Positions 28,805-37,869 of a DNA stretch of 64,000 nt are shown piece after piece. A program made the translations under genes and the position numbers. Each line of letters begins with the position of its first letter. Position 1 is the stretch's first letter. This stretch comes from Promethearchaeota archaeon (GTDB lineage: Archaea > Asgardarchaeota > Lokiarchaeia > Sigyniarchaeales > SOKP01), in assembly GCA_011364925.1 (NCBI GenBank), contig RDOA01000004.1, forward strand, positions 13,011 to 77,010, given 5' to 3'. The notes under the pieces are model-generated. The model had not been told where the DNA came from and searched no databases. It saw nothing but the letters and a program-made list of their open reading frames with translations.

Positions 28805-30472
28805 TTACTTACCTCCTCTTCTTCGTACTGCTCTTAATGCAAAAATTAGAAAAGCACTGAAAATTATGACTACTGTACTAGCAAATATTGCGCTTGAGTA
28901 TGCATTTGCTTCCACCCAGTCTACGATCAGGACGGGTATAGTTCTAATGCTCCCCATAACTACGATTGTTGCACCAGTTTCTCCTAAAGATCTCGTAAAA
29001 ACCATAATACATCCCGCTATTATTCCTTGCTTTATGCTCGGGAGAGTAATCTTTCTAAACACTGTTAAATTTGAAGCTCCTAATGTACGAGCAGCTTCCT
29101 CAACGCCCACATTTGATGATTCTAAAACTCCAATAATAGGTCTTACCATATATGGAAACGAAAAAGTTACATGAACAAATAGTATCATGAAAAATCCAGG
29201 TTGAAATAAACCTAATCCCGCAGGTCCCCAAAATAGGAATATTGCAAATCCTAACGCGGCTGAAGGAATCGCTATCGGAACATCAAGCATTGTATCTAAA
29301 AAAGTGATAATTTTACCCCATTTTCTTTTTGTGATAATAAAGGCGAAGGGTATTCCAAATATTAGATTGATAACAACTGCTAATGCACCTATTTGAATTG
29401 AAGCCATAAAGCTAACATACAAATAAGCCCATTTATAATCTTGACTAAACAACCCCTCTATAAAATTCCCTTCAGTTAATTGCCAAATAATAAAAAGTGA
29501 GGGTATTAAAATGATAATAACAAGGAATATAAGTGTGATTCCATCTCGGAAGTGTCTTAAGTATCTGTGACTTAAAAACCGCTCTAAATTTGGTAATACT
29601 CGCTTGACAGGAAAATTTCCTCTTCTTGTAAAAAACTTGATTGAAAACAAAAGAGCTATAGAAATTGCTATCAAAATTCCCGCTAGAAGTGAAGCAGCTG
29701 GTAACTCTAATTGTCTCCTAAAACCGACAATCAGTATAGGAGCAGTCTCAACTAATCCAGATAATATAAGTGTAGCTCCTGTTTCTCCAAGACTACGAGT
29801 AAATGCCAGAATAGCACCTGCTATTAATCCTTCTTTCATCATTGGGAGAGTAATTGTGCGAAAAACAGTAATTCCCGAAGCACCAAGTGTTCTAGCAGCA
29901 TCTTCGTACAATGTATCGGATTTTTCTAACACAATTTTCATATTACGGACAATATAAGGGAATGTAAATACAATGTGCCCTAATATTATTAATGGTATTC
30001 CGGGATTTATTCCAAAAATCCCCCAAAAAAGCAGAATTGAAAAACCGAGTGCACTTGTCGGCACTGCCATGGGTAAGTCAACTAGTGCATCCAGTATTTT
30101 CTTTCCTCTAAAATTATATCGGGTTAAAATGATAGATGTCGGAAAAGCTAGGAAAATATCCGCAATTACAGCAATCGTAGCAACGCTGAAGGAAATTCCA
30201 AGTGAATTTAAAATATTAATCCATTTAAGGTTGCCTATCAAATCATCTGCAAATACATCAGAGTAAATTGAAGGTAAATTTAGAAAAATTGTAGAAAAAA
30301 TGTTAATAATTGGTCCTACAACTACGAGAATAAAAAAGATAATAGTGATAGTATCCAATCCCTTTCTATAGACTGGTTTGGAAAAAAAGCGATCTATCTT
30401 TAAGCTTAGAGAAAGATTAGCTTCAACTTGTCGCGTAGTTTTTCCTATTTTAAAAGTATTTTCCTTCAACAT
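28805..30472 (-). CDS. ABC importer permease, two fused CysT/CysW/ModB-like domains
   Basis: Duplicated D.P.A.P..ALG, EDAARTLGAS / EEAARTLGAS (EAA loop) and FTRSLGETGAT. Confidence 0.9.
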   Translation of the reverse strand: MLKENTFKIGKTTRQVEANLSLSLKIDRFFSKPVYRKGLDTITIIFFILVVVGPIINIFSTIFLNLPSIYSDVFADDLIGNLKWINILNSLGISFSVATIAVIADIFLAFPTSIILTRYNFRGKKILDALVDLPMAVPTSALGFSILLFWGIFGINPGIPLIILGHIVFTFPYIVRNMKIVLEKSDTLYEDAARTLGASGITVFRTITLPMMKEGLIAGAILAFTRSLGETGATLILSGLVETAPILIVGFRRQLELPAASLLAGILIAISIALLFSIKFFTRRGNFPVKRVLPNLERFLSHRYLRHFRDGITLIFLVIIILIPSLFIIWQLTEGNFIEGLFSQDYKWAYLYVSFMASIQIGALAVVINLIFGIPFAFIITKRKWGKIITFLDTMLDVPIAIPSAALGFAIFLFWGPAGLGLFQPGFFMILFVHVTFSFPYMVRPIIGVLESSNVGVEEAARTLGASNLTVFRKITLPSIKQGIIAGCIMVFTRSLGETGATIVVMGSIRTIPVLIVDWVEANAYSSAIFASTVVIIFSAFLIFALRAVRRRGGK

Positions 30473-30486
30473 TCAACATCTTTTAA

Positions 30487-31614
30487 TTATGCCGTGGATT
30501 TGCATAGTAACCACAAATCTGGAATTTTCAACAATACATCCCCATCAGTAGGGGTTTTAAGCTCGGGAATACTAAGATTAAAAGAAATACCGTTAGTTTC
30601 ATAATTAAATACTTCTGGATCTAGCGGTATTGAAGAATTTATTGGTCTGAATCCGTATTCCATGGCGCTTATTACTGTTTCACGTTTATTAAGAAAAATT
30701 AAAAACTCATTTGCTACTTCTCTTTGTTTTGGAGTAATCCAATTAGCATTTAAGATACAGAAAGGATGATCACTATATAATGTACCTTCTTCAGGATACA
30801 CTGCTATAACTTTTCCGCCCACAGATGTACTTGAAATATCTCTTATTAAGTTTTCATACAAAAACGCGATGTTCAAATCTGTAGGACCTTGATTTTTCAT
30901 ATATCTTGCTAAAAAACCAGTAGATTTTCCATAAGTTATCGCACTTGATTCAAAATCTCTTAACCATTGTTGATTATCAGGGTTTGTGAGATCACTCATA
31001 GTTAAATTTTGGGTAGGTTTTCCCGACGCCGCAGCCACAGCCATAATTGTTGTCATGTAGCCTGAATTAGATAAACGAGGATCAGTATGAGCCATTTTTA
31101 CATCAACAGATGGATTTAAATTTAACGCTCTCACATCTGCCAATCCATTGATATTATGAGTTCGGTTAAAAGATTCCCATGTAGCAATAACAATAGGAGA
31201 ATATATTATTTTTACAGCTTCTTCAACATTTACTATAGAAATCTCCTCACCAGTCAAGTCCCTCCATTTTGTGTTTAAGAATGTCATCCAAATAGAACTT
31301 GCGGGGCTCCATATTGTTGGGAAAATTTCTCCATTAAGAATTGCGATAATTGAATCAGAAGAACCATAGGGATGCATATCAATCTTAATCTCAAAGTTAT
31401 CAGGATTAGATCTCCAATAATTAAGAAAATTAGTGTAGGCTATTGTCATCCAGCTAGCCTTTTCTGAACTATATATTATTGTAATGTGTGTTGCTTCTTC
31501 CCCACTTGTTATTACAATACCTGTTAAAAGGCTTCCAATAAGGAATCCTGCAAAAAATATTATAACAAAATTCGTCTTGCTTCTTCTTCCTACTTTGCGT
31601 TTGGGACTTGTCAT
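30487..31614 (-). CDS. Membrane-anchored substrate-binding protein
   Basis: N-terminal TM; YSSEK, WSPASS.W, SPIVIA.W, HTDP..SNSG, YENL, YP.EGT..SDHP, GFRP. Confidence 0.8.
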   Translation of the reverse strand: MTSPKRKVGRRSKTNFVIIFFAGFLIGSLLTGIVITSGEEATHITIIYSSEKASWMTIAYTNFLNYWRSNPDNFEIKIDMHPYGSSDSIIAILNGEIFPTIWSPASSIWMTFLNTKWRDLTGEEISIVNVEEAVKIIYSPIVIATWESFNRTHNINGLADVRALNLNPSVDVKMAHTDPRLSNSGYMTTIMAVAAASGKPTQNLTMSDLTNPDNQQWLRDFESSAITYGKSTGFLARYMKNQGPTDLNIAFLYENLIRDISSTSVGGKVIAVYPEEGTLYSDHPFCILNANWITPKQREVANEFLIFLNKRETVISAMEYGFRPINSSIPLDPEVFNYETNGISFNLSIPELKTPTDGDVLLKIPDLWLLCKSTA

Positions 31615-31645
31615 AACATAGAGTACACGTACATACTGTATTTCT

Positions 31646-31744
31646 TTAAATAAATGATCGTATAAAATTATCTAAAAGCATAAATAAAATTCCTACAATG
31701 ATTCCTGCAATAAAGATAATTAAAAATAATATTCTTCGATTCAT
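31646..31744 (-). CDS. Putative 32-aa single-TM microprotein
   Basis: Hand translation MNRRILFLIIFIAGIIVGILFMLLDNFIRSFI*; ends 31 nt before the SBP gene; below the ORF-track cutoff. Confidence 0.45.
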   Translation of the reverse strand: MNRRILFLIIFIAGIIVGILFMLLDNFIRSFI

Positions 31745-32033
31745 TACTCAATTTTCGTTCCAAAAGAGCGTTTTAATGTTTTAATTCTGAACTCAAATTT
31801 AATTATTTAATTATCAGATGAACTCTACTTAAATCTTCCTATATATTATATAGAGGTAAAAATTGATTTGGCTCCGATACCCGTAAATACTATTAGAATC
31901 ATTATGGAGAAGGAAAAAGTCCAAGAAATTAATAATTTCTCACACTCAATTTTTTTTAATTATTTTGGGATAGTATAACGGACATAAAAAAATTGTATTT
32001 TTCTTTAAAAATTATAAAAAGTTGGTACATATC

Positions 32034-32198
32034 ATGATTAGTGATTTAAATGCAAATCTCGAGAGGAGTATTTTGTCGTGCCCTTTTTCACACAAGTGTT
32101 CTCTTCCCAAGATAGAAAATTTATGCAATTTTCCTGATTATAAAATCTGTCCAGATTATTGTTCTAATTTAAAAAGAATAAAAGTTTCTATGCAATAG
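32034..32198 (+). CDS. Putative 54-aa Cys-rich microprotein
   Basis: Hand translation MISDLNANLERSILSCPFSHKCSLPKIENLCNFPDYKICPDYCSNLKRIKVSMQ*. Confidence 0.5.
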   Translation: MISDLNANLERSILSCPFSHKCSLPKIENLCNFPDYKICPDYCSNLKRIKVSMQ

Positions 32199-32267
32199 TT
32201 TACCTTTGAATCCCTTTATAGGTTCTATTTCAAACTCCTATTAATATGCATTATTTTTAACCAATTT

Positions 32268-33455
32268 TCATACATATTCAATTGTTGCTGGAGGTTTAGG
32301 GGTAATATCAAAATATATATCTTTAGTCTCAGAGTACTCTAACAGTTTATATTTCAATTCCTCAATTAAGTCTATGGGAAGCTTCGTGACACTTGCTGTC
32401 CTCGCATCTATGCTATTGATTGAACGAATAATTACGTCATAAATACCTTCATGGCTTTCATGGAGTTCGTAGAGAATTCTAGCGTAACCCTTTATTTGGG
32501 AAGCGAAGCGAACTAATTTTTCAAATTCCCATTCACCTTTAATTGATAATGGAACTTCATAAGTTCTTTGACCATTAATAATCCCCGTTACTTTTCTTAA
32601 AAGTACGTCCGTAGTTATTGCCGCAAATGCTTGAAAAGGTTCTTGTTCTCCTTTATCATTAATAATCATGGATTTTCCAAACTTTCCAATATAATAATCG
32701 TTGATAACAGATTCTACAACATCGTGGACTTTTTTCTCGAATTTTAAATTTTCAAGTGTAACAGGACCGATAATCCTTGCCGATAGAGCGGGTCCTGGAA
32801 AAGCCTTTCTATAAACTAACTCGTTCGGCATATTAAAGAACTCAAGTATCTTTCTCACCTCAGGTTTGGTCAGACTTGCTACTGGTTGAATTGTAGCTTC
32901 TACATCGTATTCAATCTCTAAATTATGTTGACTTTTTACAAAACCTTGAATATTTCTATCTTTCAACAAAAGTTCTTCTTGCAAGGACATTGTTTCTTTC
33001 AAATCTGATATTTTTACTCCAAAACTCTCCTCAATATCTGGCAAAATAGTGCCATCCGCTAACAATTGGCAATTTTCTTCTCGAATAACTCTACTTATAG
33101 TGTCGGAATAAGCCTTTTTAAATAATTTCCTTTTACTTTCCGCATCTCCTTCCCCTAAAATCTTAAGGAGAAATTCATCTCTTATATCAACGATTAGCAC
33201 ATCAGGAAAAAGCTCTTTTAAATGTTCCCTTTCTTCTCTACCCCTAATTATTCGCATAAGTCCATGATCAATGAAAACCGGAATTGTCTCGATTTTCGCT
33301 TCTTTGAGTAGGAGATAAGTAGTAGAACTATCGATACCACCCGAAAGTGCACAAAATACTTTTTTGTTCTCAGCATGTTTTTGTAGAAATTGAACTGCTC
33401 TCTTTACAAATTGCTCCGGCTCTCTTGGTGGATCTATTAATCGATGATTTAACAT
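32268..33455 (-). CDS. guaA: GMP synthase subunit B (ATP pyrophosphatase plus dimerisation domain)
   Basis: ALSGGIDS PP-loop, IDHGLMR, GTILPD.EES, KSQHN, FPGPAL..RI, DITPKPPATIE; no glutaminase domain. Confidence 0.9.
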   Translation of the reverse strand: MLNHRLIDPPREPEQFVKRAVQFLQKHAENKKVFCALSGGIDSSTTYLLLKEAKIETIPVFIDHGLMRIIRGREEREHLKELFPDVLIVDIRDEFLLKILGEGDAESKRKLFKKAYSDTISRVIREENCQLLADGTILPDIEESFGVKISDLKETMSLQEELLLKDRNIQGFVKSQHNLEIEYDVEATIQPVASLTKPEVRKILEFFNMPNELVYRKAFPGPALSARIIGPVTLENLKFEKKVHDVVESVINDYYIGKFGKSMIINDKGEQEPFQAFAAITTDVLLRKVTGIINGQRTYEVPLSIKGEWEFEKLVRFASQIKGYARILYELHESHEGIYDVIIRSINSIDARTASVTKLPIDLIEELKYKLLEYSETKDIYFDITPKPPATIEYV

Positions 33456-33579
33456 AAAATATTCTAAGCTTGTTAATAAAAAAAGGGTATTTATTAATTG
33501 GTTATGATTAGCTTAATTTTTTAGGTTAGTTCTAAATTACTATCTCTAATTGTCAGGTTTCTTAATTATTTATTAAAAG

Positions 33580-34050
33580 TTATAGAGAAAATACCGATTT
33601 TTTGTTTTTTTCGTGATACTTTTGATGATATTCTTCCGCTCTATAGAACTCCTTAAAGGGAACTATTTCAGTTACAATTGGTTTGGAATACTTTCCAGAT
33701 TTATCAAGCGTATCTTTTAATTTGACAGCAGATAACCGCTGACTCTCGTCCTTATAAAACACAGCAGACCTATACTGGGTTCCAATATCCCATCCTTGGC
33801 GATTAAGTGTAGTAGGATTGTGGATATCCCAAAAGGTTTCTAATAATTCCTCATAAGAGACAATTGAGGGATCAAAGGTCACCTTTACCACTTCAGCGTG
33901 CCCAGTAGTGTTAGTACAAACATCTTTATAAGTAGGATTTTTTGTAGTCCCTCCAGTGTAGCCTACCTCTGTTGAAAGTACCCCTTTAACCTTTCCTAAT
34001 TTGTACTCAACTCCCCAAAAACAGCCCGCACCAAAAATAGCTTCTTCCAT
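33580..34050 (-). CDS. msrA: Peptide methionine sulfoxide reductase A
   Basis: GCFWG, GHAE, RQG.DIGTQYRS, AEEYHQ.Y. Start placed at ATG 34050; ORF track extends to 34125. Confidence 0.95.
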   Translation of the reverse strand: MEEAIFGAGCFWGVEYKLGKVKGVLSTEVGYTGGTTKNPTYKDVCTNTTGHAEVVKVTFDPSIVSYEELLETFWDIHNPTTLNRQGWDIGTQYRSAVFYKDESQRLSAVKLKDTLDKSGKYSKPIVTEIVPFKEFYRAEEYHQKYHEKNKKSVFSL

Positions 34051-34192
34051 AGTTAATACTATCAAAATAGAGACGCTTAAAAAAAATATTGATAATTGTT
34101 CATAAAAGAATTGAAATAATACCAATTAATTATAATAAAAAAGGGGGAATATCTTTAATTGACAAAGATGAGAGTTATTTAAAAAGAATTAA

Positions 34193-35833
34193 TCATTTTT
34201 TAAGTGCTTCTAAATCCTTCAGTTCTCTGTGTAACACTTTCCCAACTATCGTTTTTGGGATCTCATCAATAAATTCCACAAATCGGGGATACTTATCAAA
34301 AGCCATGTTTTCTTTGGCCCAACTGACGATATCTTGTTCAGTAATTCCTTTATCTTTATACTCTTCCTTTAGTACTACATACGCCTTTATGTTTTCCTTA
34401 CTTTCGTCATCGATTATTCCTATGACACCACATTCCTGAATCGCTTCATGGTAATACAAGAGATCTTCAACTTCAGTAGGGTATACAGAATGTCCTTTAT
34501 ATTTGATTAAGTTTTTTAACCGATCCTTAATAACGAAAAAGCCATCTTCATCCATAAAAGCTAAATCCCCGGTCCAAAGCCATCCATCCTTTATAGTATT
34601 TTTTGTCTCTTCTTCGCGTTTATAATATCCTTTCATCATTTGGGGACCTCTTGTTACTAGTTCTCCAACTTCTCCAATTCCTAGAGTTTTACCATTAGAA
34701 TCGCAAATTTTTACATCTGTATTAGGGAAAGGCATTCCAATCGTTCCTGGTTTAAATTTACCTTCAAAAGGGTTTGCCGTAACAGCAGGCGACATCTCAG
34801 TCAACCCGTAAGCCTCACGGAGTTTTGACCCTGTTAGATTTTCAAACGTTTTTCTTACATCATCAGGTAATGGTCCAGCCGAGCTTAAACAATACTTAAT
34901 ACTTGACATGTCATGGTTTTCTATGCCTTCATAATTATTTAGATTATTATAAATCGCAGCTACTCCGGGAAAAACAGTCACTTTTGTGGCTTCAATTACC
35001 TCGATGATTTCATGAGCTTCCCGTGGGTTGAAAACGCACGCTAAATTCCATCCATTACGGATGCACATGTTCATCATAAATCCCATATATATGTGGTAAA
35101 AAGGTAAAGCTGCTAATAGTACTTCTTTGCCTAATTCCTTCTCAACAAACCATGATTCGGCTTGAAAAATGTTAGCAGCAATGCTTCCATGAGTTAGCAT
35201 CGCCCCTTTAGGAAATCCAGTTGTTCCTCCCGTATATTGCAATTGTGCCAAGTCTTCCTTGTTAATCTCAACTTTAGGGGGATTTGGTGGTGTTTCTCGT
35301 ACTAAATCCTCGATCATTGGGTCACCTCCCGTAGGAAATTCAGGAGGAGCCATAGGATCATTTGATAAATATGGCGATAAATTGCTATAGAACTTGTGCA
35401 TTACACCAGTTTCAGCAATTATGGGATCTACTAATCCTGAAAATCCCTCCCAACCAATATAAGCCTTTGCGTCACTATCATTCAGTTGTCTTTTTATTTC
35501 AAGCTTTTTGAACAATGGTGATATGGGTGTAACTACTCCTCCAATTTTTAAAATACCATAATAGTAAGCGATAAACGCTGGATTATTAGTAAATTGGATT
35601 GCTACGCAATCACCTTTCTTTAATCCAATATCAGTTAATTTTTTTGCTACACGATAAACAATGTCAAGTAATTTAGAATATGTTAATTCAAATCCCATAA
35701 AATAAGTTACGACATTATTAGGATATTCTTTCGCAGAATCTTCGAGAAAATCTACTAAATTCTTATCTGGAATCTCGACTTCTTTTGGAACTCCTTCTGG
35801 CCAATATTTGTAGTATATTTTTTGATCTGACAT
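34193..35833 (-). CDS. Long-chain fatty acid--CoA ligase (AMP-binding)
   Basis: YTGGTTGFPKG, YGLTE, TGD, DRLK, PKTIVGK. Confidence 0.9.
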   Translation of the reverse strand: MSDQKIYYKYWPEGVPKEVEIPDKNLVDFLEDSAKEYPNNVVTYFMGFELTYSKLLDIVYRVAKKLTDIGLKKGDCVAIQFTNNPAFIAYYYGILKIGGVVTPISPLFKKLEIKRQLNDSDAKAYIGWEGFSGLVDPIIAETGVMHKFYSNLSPYLSNDPMAPPEFPTGGDPMIEDLVRETPPNPPKVEINKEDLAQLQYTGGTTGFPKGAMLTHGSIAANIFQAESWFVEKELGKEVLLAALPFYHIYMGFMMNMCIRNGWNLACVFNPREAHEIIEVIEATKVTVFPGVAAIYNNLNNYEGIENHDMSSIKYCLSSAGPLPDDVRKTFENLTGSKLREAYGLTEMSPAVTANPFEGKFKPGTIGMPFPNTDVKICDSNGKTLGIGEVGELVTRGPQMMKGYYKREEETKNTIKDGWLWTGDLAFMDEDGFFVIKDRLKNLIKYKGHSVYPTEVEDLLYYHEAIQECGVIGIIDDESKENIKAYVVLKEEYKDKGITEQDIVSWAKENMAFDKYPRFVEFIDEIPKTIVGKVLHRELKDLEALKK

Positions 35834-36077
35834 AATTTTACTTTTATTCTAAATGTTATTTATTATTTTTCTTCTAAACGATTGCTTTATGAGTTTCGAA
35901 GGATAATTGGTCTACATATTAGAAGACTTTTTTATAAAGAAGCTAAAATTATATTTAATATAAAAAAAAATTAATGTTAAAAATAGGACATTACATATAA
36001 TATCAAATATTTGATCTTTATCTAGAAATTTAACGAAGAGAAAATATAAAAAAATTTTATTAAAATAGGTTTTAATA

Positions 36078-36608
36078 ATGACAGATCGAGAAGGAGCGTT
36101 CAAATTATGCATTTTTGGAGATGGAGGAGTAGGAAAAACAACTCTTGTTAATAGATATCTCACAAAGGTTTTTGATGAAGACATTAAAATGACCGTTGGG
36201 GCAGATTTTTATGTTAAGGAGTTAGAAATTGATGGAAAGAAAGTTGTAATTAGGATATGGGATTTTGGAGGAGAACAACGGTTTAAAGTCTTGTTGCCTA
36301 GCTTTGCTAAAGGTGCTGACGGGGGAATTTTCATGTTTGATATAACTCGATATACAAGTTTAAAAAACATTGATGAATGGCTTTCGATTTTTGAGAAGAA
36401 TGTCAGAGAAGAAATACCTATTATTATGGTAGGAGGCAAATTAGATTTACAAGATAAACGATCTGTTGAAACTGAGGATGCTGTTGAATTATCTAAGGAG
36501 TATAAGTTACAAGGCTATTTTGAGTGTTCTTCTAAAACTGGTTATAGAGTAGAAGATGTATTTGAATCTGTTACTCGAAAAATGATGGAATCTACGGGTT
36601 TATTATAG
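36078..36608 (+). CDS. Rab-like small GTPase (Ras superfamily)
   Basis: GDGGVGKT, TVGADF, IWDFGGEQRF, GGKLD, CSSKTG. Confidence 0.92.
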   Translation: MTDREGAFKLCIFGDGGVGKTTLVNRYLTKVFDEDIKMTVGADFYVKELEIDGKKVVIRIWDFGGEQRFKVLLPSFAKGADGGIFMFDITRYTSLKNIDEWLSIFEKNVREEIPIIMVGGKLDLQDKRSVETEDAVELSKEYKLQGYFECSSKTGYRVEDVFESVTRKMMESTGLL

Positions 36609-36613
36609 TTCTC

Positions 36614-37150
36614 TCACTCAGAGGTTCTTCTAATAACTTTAACTAGTCCTTTCTTTCTCAATTTATCTAACATATCTTCGATCATATCAACGGGTTCCTG
36701 CATAATCTCAGCACATTGTTCAACTGAATTCATTCCATCGCACACTTTTAATAGTTTATATTCATCCATCGAAATCATTCCTAGTTGGACACTCATTGGT
36801 TGAACTTCCTTAATTACAATAGGTATTCTCACTTCTCCTCCTGGTTTGATGCTTGGTCCTCCAACCTCACTCATGCTTGGAGAATCCCCAAAAAACGATC
36901 TAACTCCGGTAATGTCGTAATTATCATCTATGTAAATATAGATTGTATGCTCTTGACCGGAGATATCATCGACATCCTCAGGATCTGGATATGGATTAAT
37001 ATGTTTGTGTTCTTTTGTATAAATCCCCATTTTCAATCCAGCTTTAATTTCGTCTTTATCTACCCTAATATTAACCATTTCGGTACATATATCGCACCAA
37101 GCCCATGCCTCTATTAGGCTAAAATATTTCTTCACTTTATTCTCTGGCAT
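36614..37150 (-). CDS. Hypothetical protein with putative Zn-binding N-domain and C-terminal winged-HTH
   Basis: CDIC...HKH...EH..YIYID; DG.NSV...A.........MLDKLRKKGLV. Confidence 0.6.
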   Translation of the reverse strand: MPENKVKKYFSLIEAWAWCDICTEMVNIRVDKDEIKAGLKMGIYTKEHKHINPYPDPEDVDDISGQEHTIYIYIDDNYDITGVRSFFGDSPSMSEVGGPSIKPGGEVRIPIVIKEVQPMSVQLGMISMDEYKLLKVCDGMNSVEQCAEIMQEPVDMIEDMLDKLRKKGLVKVIRRTSE

Positions 37151-37346
37151 CGTGTTTTACCAAATAGTAGCATTTGTATAAAATAAAATGAGCTTTATAA
37201 TTATTATGTTGTGAAGTAATTTAAATATTGATTACAAATAATTTCTCCTTTATATAGCTAAAAATTAGTATCTAAAATCGAAAATAATTAAAGTCATAAG
37301 ACATTCTATTATCCATTACAGATAACTAAGACTAATATTGATAACA

Positions 37347-37523
37347 ATGTCAAGTTATAAAAAAAATATGTGTTTCTCTTGTGGACGACCTATTGCTCCA
37401 TATGAAGCAGCAGTTCACTTTCCCTGTCCTCAATGTGGAGATGTAACCATTTGGAGATGTGAACGTTGTAGAACTATGGGAAACACTTATAAATGTCTTC
37501 GCTGTGAATTTGAAGGGCCTTAA
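37347..37523 (+). CDS. Small double Zn-ribbon protein (DUF1610/HVO_2753-like)
   Basis: CFSCG, F.CPQCG, RCERCR, Y.C..C.FEGP; sits directly upstream of aEF-1beta as is common in archaea. Confidence 0.88.
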   Translation: MSSYKKNMCFSCGRPIAPYEAAVHFPCPQCGDVTIWRCERCRTMGNTYKCLRCEFEGP

Positions 37524-37540
37524 ATAACACACTAAAGAGT

Positions 37541-37816
37541 ATGAATAAGATGGGAGAATTTGTGGCACTTATTGATGTAGTTCCAGAAGATATTGATGTG
37601 AATTTTGAAGAATTTGTGTCAAAATTAAAAAACGTACTACCAGAAGAAGCTGTTATAGAGCACTATGATATTAAACCTGTAGCGTTTGGTTTGAAAAAAG
37701 CAAGAGTTCGGGTTAGATATCCAGAAGAATGGGGAGGCACTGATAGAGTAGAGAAATTATTTGGACAGGTAGAAGGCATTCAAGGAATTGAAGGAATAGC
37801 GTTCAGTAAAGCGTAA
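37541..37816 (+). CDS. ef1b: Archaeal elongation factor 1-beta
   Basis: V.PE, PVAFGLK, GGTD.VE; gene context. Confidence 0.9.
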   Translation: MNKMGEFVALIDVVPEDIDVNFEEFVSKLKNVLPEEAVIEHYDIKPVAFGLKKARVRVRYPEEWGGTDRVEKLFGQVEGIQGIEGIAFSKA

Positions 37817-37869
37817 TCAAATTCTTCACTTGCATTTTAATTTAGTTTTATACAAAGAATAATTTTATT

